A stretch of DNA of 32,000 bases from contig CP104013.1 in assembly GCA_025839675.1 (NCBI GenBank), forward strand, positions 4,710,001-4,742,000, in the 5' to 3' direction. Position 1 is the first letter of the stretch; each line of letters begins with the position of its first letter. The notes beneath the pieces were generated by a model that did not search any database, was not told the DNA's origin, and saw only the letters and a program-made list of their open reading frames with translations. Position numbers and translations under genes: made by a program. This stretch comes from Candidatus Lokiarchaeum ossiferum (GTDB lineage: Archaea; Asgardarchaeota; Lokiarchaeia; Sigyniarchaeales; Promethearchaeaceae). Positions 1 through 8,182 of this stretch are shown here, piece by piece.

Positions 1-1647
1 GAAATCCAAAATAAAAAATTAAAAGAAGAAGAAACTAGAAAGAGAATTGATGCTGAAGATAAACGAAAACAAGCTGAAATTGAATTTCAAAAACGAATCG
101 AATTATCCCAAAAGCTAGAAGCAAAAAAATTACAAGAGCGACAGAAAGCTTTACAAGAAGAAATTAATAAAGAAATGCATAATAAGCAAATTCATGACGA
201 ATGCCTGGAACTTCTAGAAAAAGCACGCGTTTTCGTGACTGATCAGAAAATTGAAGCAGCATTAAAAATTTATAATACAGTGATTGAAAAATATGCTTCA
301 ATTGACTATTTTGACGGGATTAGACTAACAAAAGATACTATTCTTAAGGTAGAACAAGATTTTGAAGAATTTAAGAAGCAAGAAATGTTAAAACTCAAGT
401 CTATTCAGGAAAGAAAGGAAGAAGAAGCGAGATTGGAAAAATTGATTTTAGCTGCTAAAGAAGAGTCGGAACGACAAAAGCTTGAAGAACAAAAAAGATT
501 TTTGCAAGAAGAAGTAGAAAGGGAGGAAAGAGAGCAAATTCAAGATGAAATTATTACTTTAATTGCAGATGCTGGAAATCTTGCACAAAGTAATAATTTT
601 GAAAAATCACTTGAAATCTATCAAAAAGCTTTAAAATTATTTGATAAAATTTCTTGGCCGTTAAAACATCAACAAGTAAAAAGCATCATTAATGAAGTTA
701 AATCAAAGAAAAAAACTTATGAAGAAAATCTTCGCCTTAAAAAAATCCAGAATGAAAAGTTGGAGGCTGAAAGGAAAGAATTTGAAGAGATGATGGCTCA
801 ACAAGAAAGAAAAAGAAAATCACAAGAAGAACTCGCTGAGCAGCAATCTATGGAAAGACAGATTGAGATCGCTCGTCAAAAAGAAATGGGTGATAATGCA
901 TATCGCATGTTAGAATTAGCTGAGAATTCAAGCGAGTCTCGTAAAAAATATCTTGGTTTACATTATTTTCACTATGCTCTATTTAATTTCAAGACTATTG
1001 GATGGGATCGTGAAGCAAAAACTACCAAAAAAAGGTTTATTGGTATATATAATTCTATTCAATCTCCATTAATTGATGTTAATGAACTTTTGATGAACGA
1101 AAAACTTGAAAAGGAGTTTCACATAATGAATTCTTTAACGCAAGTTATTAAATGGAAGAATAGAAACGATTTTTCCGCTGCCCAAACCGAAATTAAGACG
1201 ATCATTCATCTGGTTCAAGAATTTGGGTGGGTTAAATCCTTAAAGTTACTCCAATCATTTCAAGACCAATTGAAAATTGAAGAAAAATTGTATCTGAAAG
1301 AATTGGAATCTGAACAATCTAAACCAAGTGAAGAAAAAGCAAATAAATTAATAAAACAAGCTACATATCAAATAAAACAATTATCCTATGATAAAGGAAT
1401 TAATTTGGCTGAAGAAGCTCACGAAATGCTTGTCCAGATTGGAAGGGCGAGAGAAGCGAGAACTGTGGAGCAAGAATTGTTGAGGTGGAAATTGAAAGCG
1501 GAAAAAGCGTTACAAAAGAAAAATTCATCCGATAGATCGGAATCTCCAAAAATATCTCAATATTTAACTGATGAAGAACGAAGAAGAGCAATTATTGATG
1601 AAAGAAAGCGTAGGAGAAGAGAAGCTCGCAAAAAATTTCAGAAATAA
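1..1647 (+). CDS. 5'-truncated E/K-rich coiled-coil protein with recurring TPR-like helical hairpin modules (hypothetical)
   Basis: Frame 1 is open from base 1 with no stop before the ATG at 175, so the gene probably enters from upstream. The long ORF shows consistent codon usage. Charged heptad-like stretches alternate with modules such as NNFEKSLEIYQKALKLFDKISW and NDFSAAQTEIKTIIHLVQEFGW. Confidence 0.7.
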   Translation, partial: EIQNKKLKEEETRKRIDAEDKRKQAEIEFQKRIELSQKLEAKKLQERQKALQEEINKEMHNKQIHDECLELLEKARVFVTDQKIEAALKIYNTVIEKYASIDYFDGIRLTKDTILKVEQDFEEFKKQEMLKLKSIQERKEEEARLEKLILAAKEESERQKLEEQKRFLQEEVEREEREQIQDEIITLIADAGNLAQSNNFEKSLEIYQKALKLFDKISWPLKHQQVKSIINEVKSKKKTYEENLRLKKIQNEKLEAERKEFEEMMAQQERKRKSQEELAEQQSMERQIEIARQKEMGDNAYRMLELAENSSESRKKYLGLHYFHYALFNFKTIGWDREAKTTKKRFIGIYNSIQSPLIDVNELLMNEKLEKEFHIMNSLTQVIKWKNRNDFSAAQTEIKTIIHLVQEFGWVKSLKLLQSFQDQLKIEEKLYLKELESEQSKPSEEKANKLIKQATYQIKQLSYDKGINLAEEAHEMLVQIGRAREARTVEQELLRWKLKAEKALQKKNSSDRSESPKISQYLTDEERRRAIIDERKRRRREARKKFQK

Positions 1648-1667
1648 TTCAATTTTTTCAAATTTTT

Positions 1668-1847
1668 TTAGTTTTCCCCTTTATTTTTCCTATTTTCAAT
1701 CAATTTTTTGAGTTGAATTTCATTACGTATTAAATCTCTAACTGCAGTACGAATAGCTTCGCTTCTGTTGGGGAACAATTTTTCATTTACTAATAAATCA
1801 AGCGTTTCAATATAAGCTTCAGGTATGTAAACAGTTAACATTTTCAT
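1668..1847 (-). CDS. ribbon-helix-helix (CopG/NikR-N-terminal-like) DNA-binding protein, 59 aa
   Basis: Hand translation of the minus strand gives MKMLTVYIPEAYIETLDLLVNEKLFPNRSEAIRTAVRDLIRNEIQLKKLIENRKNKGEN. It has an N-terminal beta-strand (LTVYIPEAYIETLD) followed by the characteristic xRSEAIRxAVRDL helix of RHH regulators. It is absent from the ORF track because it is shorter than 60 aa. Confidence 0.65.
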   Translation of the reverse strand: MKMLTVYIPEAYIETLDLLVNEKLFPNRSEAIRTAVRDLIRNEIQLKKLIENRKNKGEN

Positions 1848-2005
1848 AATTCTCTAATTTTAGAAAGATTTTTATCGATTAGTAGTTTTTCATAAAATTT
1901 TAAAAAATTTCCAACCCCTTGCCCGTACACGTTACAAAATTATTATATACCGCGTAACACATAAGATACTTTGAAAATATATTTAAAAAAAATGTGATTT
2001 AAAAT

Positions 2006-2329
2006 ATGATAGAAGCACTAAAAGAACACTTAGAAAATGGAAAAGATTGGGAAAAATTGGAAACTGATATACCTGGAGTTTTTGTCGTTAAAATTCCTGG
2101 TACAAAAACACGTTCTTCTCGATTAATGGTTGAAGTTAATCCTATTAATAAACTAACTGGAACTCCAAAGAAGCGCAAAGGACTATTTATTGCCGATTTT
2201 GAAATGTATTTACAATTCCAAGAAGCCTTAATGGAAGATGAGGTTCCTGCATTGATTAAAACGCTCGAAGAAGTTAATCCAGAACCTGCTTCAAGTGCAA
2301 AAGCTAAGAAACTGAAATTGAAAAGTTAA
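2006..2329 (+). CDS. hypothetical protein (107 aa), first gene of a co-directional cluster ending in a GTPase
   Basis: ATG-initiated ORF preceded by an A/T-rich promoter-like region, with a Lys-rich C-terminus. I recognise no motif. Confidence 0.5.
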   Translation: MIEALKEHLENGKDWEKLETDIPGVFVVKIPGTKTRSSRLMVEVNPINKLTGTPKKRKGLFIADFEMYLQFQEALMEDEVPALIKTLEEVNPEPASSAKAKKLKLKS

Positions 2330-2385
2330 AAATTAAATAAAATCAATAACTCAACACTACCCAATCTTTTTTAATTATCTCATTC

Positions 2386-2946
2386 ATGGTAAATATAATG
2401 CAAGAAAAAGAGATCAAAGTTCTGTTCAATTTGAAAGAATCTCTTAAAAAAATGGTTCAGACAAAAACAGAACAAATTCAGTTAATTGAAAATGAAATTG
2501 GATCTTTAACTAAACAGTGTGATATGATTGATTATTTAATTTCGGATGGATCTTTTATTTCTGCTGCAAATTTGATAGATGCAGAAACTGCTGCGAGTGA
2601 TCATCAATCTCAATTTCAAAATTTAGAATACACTCAAAAAATTTTTTCTCCATCCAAAGAATTGTTAACCGTTTTGCAATTTCAAAATAATTCTGTGTTT
2701 ATTCGCTTTCCTAATCCTGGAATTTCGAAAATAAATCAAGAAATTTATATAAATGAATTTGTTAAACCCCATTTGGTTTCTCTAAAAAAAATTGAACATG
2801 ATTTAACTCCTAATATTACAAAAAATATTTACGATTCAGAAGAATACTTAGATTCAATCACACTATCCAATATCTCAAATTTCGAAAGCTTTGAATATAT
2901 TGTTGAGAGTATCAATGAGATATTTAAAAATCAATTTCCAAAATAA
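2386..2946 (+). CDS. hypothetical protein (186 aa)
   Basis: ORF on the same strand, 56 nt after the previous gene. The N-terminus looks like a predicted helix or coiled coil (KESLKKMVQTKTEQIQLIENEIGSLTKQ). No recognisable catalytic motif. Confidence 0.5.
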   Translation: MVNIMQEKEIKVLFNLKESLKKMVQTKTEQIQLIENEIGSLTKQCDMIDYLISDGSFISAANLIDAETAASDHQSQFQNLEYTQKIFSPSKELLTVLQFQNNSVFIRFPNPGISKINQEIYINEFVKPHLVSLKKIEHDLTPNITKNIYDSEEYLDSITLSNISNFESFEYIVESINEIFKNQFPK

Positions 2947-3025
2947 ATATCTGGAAAAAAAAATTATAACCGAAAATTTTTAGGCATTTAAGCCTAGTGG
3001 AAAATATAGTAACAAGTGAAAAGTA

Positions 3026-3865
3026 ATGGTGAAGAAAACAAAAAAAAAGGAAGCAATTTTAGTCTTTCCCAAAATCCATTCTCGATTCAATGATGAAAAA
3101 GTTGAGACTGCTTTGATGAATAAGGCGAAGGAATTGCTTGGTACTGATGAGCAAGATTTAAATTTCATTCTCCTCAGTGGTCAGTTTTATGATACCCGTG
3201 GATGGGCATATTCAGCCCTCCGTTCTTGGAGAGGGGCGATAAAACCATCAAGCTCGAAAAAAAAACCTCTATTGGATGCAACTTTCGCATGTTTGTCCGT
3301 TTATCTATCATCGCTAATCTCATTTCAAGCAGACTTTGCATTTGCTTATGATGAGATCAAAGATATATTAGTAAAAGAAGAACGAGATGATTTATGGGCA
3401 ATTATTGAAGAAAAATTACCTTTTGTGAGTTTACCTCCTGCAGAAATGTTTCCTCCAGGGCTGAAATCTCCTATCGCTCCATATTATACTCTTAGGCAAG
3501 ATGAAGACATTTTCTTAGGGGAATTGTATGGTTCTGTTTTTCTATCTAATTTTGTATCGAATTTAAAGAGTCGTTTCTTCGTTTATTTTAATTTTGAAGG
3601 AAATTCTGCTTTTGGGTATTTTAATCAGTTGCCTCCAACGAAGAATTTCGGCTTTGGAAAAACGCCGAAAACCTTTGATGATGAACCAACAACAGAGAAT
3701 ATTGTTCGTTTCATAAATGAAGAAGTTGATAACTTGAAAGATTTATTAGGGGTTTTAATTTCATGTCATAATACTTCTGTTTTAGAACAATATTTAGTTG
3801 ATGATTATGAAACTTTCTTAAATAAATTATTAGAAATTGAAGAAATTGATGAAGGAGAAGGATAA
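3026..3865 (+). CDS. hypothetical protein (279 aa), tightly coupled to the downstream small GTPase
   Basis: Its stop (3863-3865) lies 2 nt before the GTPase ATG (3868), which suggests co-translation. No family recognised by eye. Confidence 0.6.
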   Translation: MVKKTKKKEAILVFPKIHSRFNDEKVETALMNKAKELLGTDEQDLNFILLSGQFYDTRGWAYSALRSWRGAIKPSSSKKKPLLDATFACLSVYLSSLISFQADFAFAYDEIKDILVKEERDDLWAIIEEKLPFVSLPPAEMFPPGLKSPIAPYYTLRQDEDIFLGELYGSVFLSNFVSNLKSRFFVYFNFEGNSAFGYFNQLPPTKNFGFGKTPKTFDDEPTTENIVRFINEEVDNLKDLLGVLISCHNTSVLEQYLVDDYETFLNKLLEIEEIDEGEG

Positions 3866-3867
3866 AA

Positions 3868-4482
3868 ATGACAAATTTAGGCTTATTAGGTGCAGTTTCA
3901 GTTGGAAAAACCACTATACTGCGATTATTTGTAAAATATTTGAAAACTAAAAAAATATCTGATGTCAAAGGTGGAAAAAGTTGTACGGTCGTGAAAACAG
4001 ACTTTTCTGGTGAAGCCGTCCTTGATCCAGAAACTGGTGTTAAAGAAACCAAAACAATTCATCCAAACCGGGTAGTATTTCGAGAGAATGAATTGAAGAG
4101 AAATCATACATTGTTTGCTCCTGGTGGAGACAGAGGTAGGGCCGTTGTTCGCATGGGTGTCATTACGATTTCACGGATTGCGAAACAAATCATTGCGGTA
4201 TTTGATTGTAGCCGTCCAATTAAAGATCAGTTCCAATTCTTCCGAGATGTCCGCTTTTTCCCAAAAGGAATATTTGTGTGTTTTAATAAATATGATTTGG
4301 TACCAGAAGCGGATCGGGAAAAAACAATAGAAAACATGAAAACTGAAATTGTTGCTTTCTTTGCTAAGCGTAAAATTACCGTTAAAGAGTTTCATATTGT
4401 ATGTGCAGAAAGCATTGATGGTATGGAATCATTTAATGATGCAGCTGCAGAAATGATCTTAAAAATTGCAACCAACATTTAA
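3868..4482 (+). CDS. atypical small GTPase (Ras superfamily; MglA-like G3 motif)
   Basis: G1 P-loop is GAVSVGKTT. G4 is FNKYDL (NKxD). G5-like is VCAES. G3 reads LFAPGGD instead of DxxGQ, so it has no Asp and no catalytic Gln; this recalls the TVPGQ of the MglA family. A long insert separates G1 from G3. Confidence 0.75.
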   Translation: MTNLGLLGAVSVGKTTILRLFVKYLKTKKISDVKGGKSCTVVKTDFSGEAVLDPETGVKETKTIHPNRVVFRENELKRNHTLFAPGGDRGRAVVRMGVITISRIAKQIIAVFDCSRPIKDQFQFFRDVRFFPKGIFVCFNKYDLVPEADREKTIENMKTEIVAFFAKRKITVKEFHIVCAESIDGMESFNDAAAEMILKIATNI

Positions 4483-4491
4483 TTCATTCTT

Positions 4492-5589
4492 TTAAACCCT
4501 CTCTTTTTTTTGTAATTCTCTCATCTCTGTTATTATGAGATCAAAGATTTTTTGAACTAAAGCGGGATTCAATGTGTATTTCTGTGCCAAATTTGCATAT
4601 TTGGTTAAAATTTCTTTTTCTCTTTCCGGTTGATAAATTGGAATTTGATTTTCTCTTTTGAATTCAATTAGAGAAGGCACTAAACTCATTCTTGTTGCTA
4701 ATAAATCAATGATATCTTCATCCACGCAAGAAATTTGGTGGCGAATTTCTGATAAATTTAAGGTAGTGCCAGTAATAATTTTTCGCTCAACTTCTAAGAT
4801 AGGTTTAATCTGATTAATCAACTCCGAAAATTGTGCTATATCAAGTGATTGAGGTCCATCACTCATTGCCACCTCTGGATTTTGGTGTACTTCAATAATT
4901 AATCCATCTGAATTGCTTGCTATTGCAGCTTTGCACGCTGGGGTGATTAATTCTCGATTCCCTGTTGCATGGCTCGGATCTACAATTATAGGGAGGTGCG
5001 TTCTCATTTTGATCAAAGGAATAATTGATAAATCCAAAGTATTTCTGGTTATTGTTTCAAAAGTTCTGATACCTCGTTCACACAAGATGATGTTTTCATT
5101 CCCTTCAGTCATCAAATACTCTGCAGAGTTCAACCATTCTTCAATTGTTGCAGACATACCTCTTTTCAATATTATGGGGTTGTTGATCTTTGCCAATTCT
5201 TTGAGTAATTCAAAATTTTGCATGTTACGTGCCCCAACCTGCAGAATATCGGCATGCTGAGATGTCGTTTTGACATCTCGAGGATCCATTACTTCTGTAA
5301 TTGTTGGGATTTTTAGTTCTTCCCCTAAATCTCTAATTATTGTTAAAGCTTCTTGTCCTAAACCTTGGAAGGAATATGGGGATGTTCGCGGTTTGTACGC
5401 TGATCCGCGAATTAAATTTGCACCAGATTTTTTAACAGCGATTGCTGTTTCGAAGTACTGATCTCGATTCTCGACTGCACAAGGTCCTGCTGCAATTGCG
5501 AAAAATTTTCCACCAATTTTCACATTTTTTACTGTGATAATAGTATCCTTTTTTTTATAATCTCGACTGTACCGCATAATTTTTGACAT
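4492..5589 (-). CDS. 3-deoxy-7-phosphoheptulonate (DAHP) synthase, type I-beta, with C-terminal chorismate mutase (AroQ) domain
   Basis: Motifs of the KDO8PS-like DAHPS class are present: AAGPCAVE, GSAYKPRTSPYSFQGLG, LQVGARNMQNF, ILKRG, VDPSHATG, GLIIEVH. The C-terminal ~90 aa (nt ~4495..4767; LSEIRHQISCVDEDIIDLLATRMSLVPSLIEFKRENQIPIYQPEREKEIL) look like an AroQ chorismate mutase helix bundle. Confidence 0.9.
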   Translation of the reverse strand: MSKIMRYSRDYKKKDTIITVKNVKIGGKFFAIAAGPCAVENRDQYFETAIAVKKSGANLIRGSAYKPRTSPYSFQGLGQEALTIIRDLGEELKIPTITEVMDPRDVKTTSQHADILQVGARNMQNFELLKELAKINNPIILKRGMSATIEEWLNSAEYLMTEGNENIILCERGIRTFETITRNTLDLSIIPLIKMRTHLPIIVDPSHATGNRELITPACKAAIASNSDGLIIEVHQNPEVAMSDGPQSLDIAQFSELINQIKPILEVERKIITGTTLNLSEIRHQISCVDEDIIDLLATRMSLVPSLIEFKRENQIPIYQPEREKEILTKYANLAQKYTLNPALVQKIFDLIITEMRELQKKERV

Positions 5590-5654
5590 GCTTAAATATG
5601 CTCCACAATTGAATTATATGAACACCCAAAGAAAATATTTAGGATTTATCTTAT

Positions 5655-6293
5655 ATGAAAATTTTACCCTTGAATTCATTTTGTAAAATGAAGATTGAAA
5701 ATAATATTCCTCGAGAATTTTTTGATGCAATAATTGCTATTTTTGCTCTTTATCCCTTCTCAGAAAAAGTAACATTTTCTCTTGAATTCATTCCAAATTC
5801 TTCAAAAGAAAAAGAATTTCTTCAATTAATAAAAAAAATGGGTGTGGAATTTATAGATAATGCTCATTCGGGAGAATTCTCCCTAAGCGGAGGTACTTTT
5901 TTAGATGGCCTGCAGATTGATTGTAATATTTACTCAAAGTTTCTTCCGATCTTAATAGTGATTGGAGTATTTTGTAATTATGATTCTCGGTTTTACAATT
6001 TGAAAAAAATTTCAGATGAAGAACGGAAAATTATTGAAGATCTTTTAAAAATATTACAATCTATGGGGGTACAATATGCTATTACTCAAGATTCCGTTTT
6101 TTTACAAGGTCCTCAACAAATAATTGGATTCAAACAAGAAAACGTTAATAATTTAAGTATTGCAAAATCCCTTGTTGTGGCTGGTTTGTACGCCCGGACG
6201 TCTTCAGAAATAAAGGTTGTGTCTAGTTTGCAAGAAAAATTTAATTCATTTACCACTTATCTTGCTGATTTTATATGTGAATTTAATAATTAG
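5655..6293 (+). CDS. hypothetical protein with weak resemblance to one lobe of an EPSP synthase/MurA-fold enzyme (212 aa)
   Basis: LQIDCNIYSKFLPILIVIGVF resembles the GDxSSAxxFLxAAxI segment of EPSP synthases. NNLSIAKSLVVAGLYARTSSEIKV resembles DHRIAMAxAVAGLxAxGxTxI. It is only about half the length of a real EPSP synthase. It sits divergently from the DAHPS-CM gene. Confidence 0.35.
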   Translation: MKILPLNSFCKMKIENNIPREFFDAIIAIFALYPFSEKVTFSLEFIPNSSKEKEFLQLIKKMGVEFIDNAHSGEFSLSGGTFLDGLQIDCNIYSKFLPILIVIGVFCNYDSRFYNLKKISDEERKIIEDLLKILQSMGVQYAITQDSVFLQGPQQIIGFKQENVNNLSIAKSLVVAGLYARTSSEIKVVSSLQEKFNSFTTYLADFICEFNN

Positions 6294-6321
6294 GAGAAAA
6301 TAGTAATAAAAAAAAAATTTT

Positions 6322-7548
6322 TTAAGTTCGAATCCTTCTTGGGTTGTAATGGAGAGTCAATTCACTATTTGTGACAACTACGCTTTTAATCATTTTGCAT
6401 TCTTTCTGAATTTTTTCATATTTCATTTTAACTGCATCAATTTTAGCTTGATCCTCCTTCTTTTCCGCTTTCCGAATTAATTTTAAGTATTTTCCCTTTT
6501 TCTTAAGTGCCTTATAGATATGTTTGTATTTTGTATCAAGATCATCTAAGAATTTGATTAAAATTCCAAACAAGATAAGAATTCTTCGAAAGACTACGGA
6601 TCGATTTAATTCTTCAAACTCCTTTTCCCCGCGGAATCGAATTGTAATTTTTCCACCAATATTTAACTTGCGATCATCGATTTCTGCAACTCTTTGATTT
6701 GTTTCTGAATTATAAACAAAGAAATCTTTACCTGGTGTAAATCTCCTTCCTTTTATTCTGAAAGTGGTTAGTTCTCCCGTTTTTGGATTTGGGATTGTAA
6801 ACATATACCTATCCCCGATAATTGTATGAGTGCGCATTAAACCTACCCGATAATTATAGCCTGGAAGGTTAATAAAGAAGAAGGGCCTGGCTTTTCCTCT
6901 ATTTTCTCCCATCATTCCATTTGTACTATTTATTATACTCTCTTCAAGTGTTCCTCGCCATCTTCCAGCATGCCCTTTTTTCTTTTTGTCGCGTTTTAAT
7001 TCCGAGAAGGTTTTAATGACTAATCTTCTTAGCAATTTTGCATACTTATCAGGATCATAGTCTTGGCTTAATTTTTGAGCCTGTTTTACAATTATCGAAT
7101 TTTCATCACTTGGATCCCAAAATGATTTGTTAATGCCCAAGACTTCTTTATATTCTAGTATTTTCTTTTCCCGCTTTCGTTCCTTTAAAGGTTTTGTTAA
7201 ATCTTCTGGAGAATACCCAAAAAAGGTGATATCACCTTTTACTTCCATACTTGCAGTAAATTGACGGCTTTGAGCTCGATATTGGTCTTGTTGTCGAATA
7301 CCCATTGTGGCGGTATGCATTTGCGTTTTCCATAGATCAATTTCTATGCGTTTATACCATTCACGACTCATTTGGATTGCTTCTTTTTCTCCATCAATAT
7401 CTTCTGGTGAAAAATCATCCATATTTAATGATTCATCTTCTTCCGAGCCAATTTCAAGTTCTTGTAATGAATCTTTTACCTCATCAAGATCGGTGAAATT
7501 TTCATCGTCCAATTCTTCATCATATTCATCTTTTTCTTCTTCCGACAT
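6322..7548 (-). CDS. hypothetical protein: acidic N-terminal tail plus possible tubby-C/LURP-one/scramblase-like beta-barrel segment
   Basis: 408-aa ORF. The N-terminal 60 aa are D/E-rich. TFRIKGRRFTPGKDFFVYNSETNQRVAEIDDRKLNIGGKITIRF follows the repeated F-x-I-K-x-K-x-F-S-x-G-x-x-F-x-V-x-D pattern of the DUF567/LURP family and is followed by a hydrophobic helix, VVFRRILILFGILIKFL. The CDS itself is solid; the fold assignment is tentative. Confidence 0.4.
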   Translation of the reverse strand: MSEEEKDEYDEELDDENFTDLDEVKDSLQELEIGSEEDESLNMDDFSPEDIDGEKEAIQMSREWYKRIEIDLWKTQMHTATMGIRQQDQYRAQSRQFTASMEVKGDITFFGYSPEDLTKPLKERKREKKILEYKEVLGINKSFWDPSDENSIIVKQAQKLSQDYDPDKYAKLLRRLVIKTFSELKRDKKKKGHAGRWRGTLEESIINSTNGMMGENRGKARPFFFINLPGYNYRVGLMRTHTIIGDRYMFTIPNPKTGELTTFRIKGRRFTPGKDFFVYNSETNQRVAEIDDRKLNIGGKITIRFRGEKEFEELNRSVVFRRILILFGILIKFLDDLDTKYKHIYKALKKKGKYLKLIRKAEKKEDQAKIDAVKMKYEKIQKECKMIKSVVVTNSELTLHYNPRRIRT

Positions 7549-7780
7549 TTTTTGATCTCAACTTAATATTTTTCTATTAGATACTACTCTTCATTTTGTA
7601 AATGGAAAATATAAATATATTGGAACTTTTTCAACCTCTAGGAGATTTACCCAGACAAAAATGACTTGTTATTTTTCCAATAAATTGTGGATGAATCTTT
7701 GTGAATCTGGAATTTCATTGGCTATTTTTCCCAAAAATGCCATAAAATCAAAAAAAATTAAAATGATGGTGATTTTTTCA

Positions 7781-7807
7781 TCTTATATATTTATTAAAAT
7801 ATATAGG
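7781..7807 (+). promoter_or_regulatory. candidate archaeal TATA/BRE promoter of the eL18-uL13-uS9-rpo3 operon
   Basis: tcttatatatttattaaaatatatagg lies 9-35 nt upstream of the eL18 ATG (7816). The TATA-like ttatatat sits about 26-33 nt before the ATG, which fits a leaderless or short-leader transcript. Confidence 0.35.
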
Positions 7808-7815
7808 TTTTTCAA

Positions 7816-8172
7816 ATGACTAATAAAGTTACAGGGCCGAGCAATGTGCAAAAACGCATGTTAGCTCGCAAGTTATGGCAAACTAAACGCCGAATTTGGC
7901 GTGATGTTTCTAAACGACTTATGGCTCCCCAGAAAAATCGAGTCGAGGTTAACTTGGCGAAATTAAATCTTGCAACATCCAAGGATGACGTTGTTGTCAT
8001 TCCAGGAAAAGTCTTGTCTGTTGGTAATATGACCAAGGCAATCACCGTTGCTTGCTACGCCATCTCATCCTCAGCTGCGAAAAAGTTGGAAGAGTCTGGA
8101 AGTAAACGAATCTCTATTGAAGATTTGCTCAAGCAAAATCCTTCTGGTAGTGGAGTTAAAATAATTGTATAG
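7816..8172 (+). CDS. rpl18e: 50S ribosomal protein L18e (eL18)
   Basis: The 118-aa product (GPSNVQKRMLARKLWQTKRRIWRDVSKRL...VVVIPGKVL...AKKLEESG) is typical of archaeal L18e. It is the first gene of a ribosomal operon. Confidence 0.9.
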   Translation: MTNKVTGPSNVQKRMLARKLWQTKRRIWRDVSKRLMAPQKNRVEVNLAKLNLATSKDDVVVIPGKVLSVGNMTKAITVACYAISSSAAKKLEESGSKRISIEDLLKQNPSGSGVKIIV

Positions 8173-8182
8173 GGTGAAAAAA

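Noticed and set aside
3711-4395. Overlapping ORFs on either strand within the 3026..4482 genes (3711..4052 -, 3925..4107 -, 4115..4330 +, 4171..4395 -)
   Set aside because: They overlap the better-supported GTPase and its partner, and they lack motifs. They are out-of-frame or antisense artefacts.
6326-6335. GTTCGAATCC, a tRNA T-arm/T-loop-like decamer
   Set aside because: The flanking sequence is nearly pure A/T upstream and lies inside the 3' end of the 6322..7548 CDS. No acceptor, D or anticodon stems can be drawn, so it is a chance match.
7305-7555. Plus-strand Ser-rich ORFs (7305..7496 and 7307..7555)
   Set aside because: They are antisense to the D/E-rich N-terminal tail of 6322..7548. 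They are low-complexity shadow ORFs.
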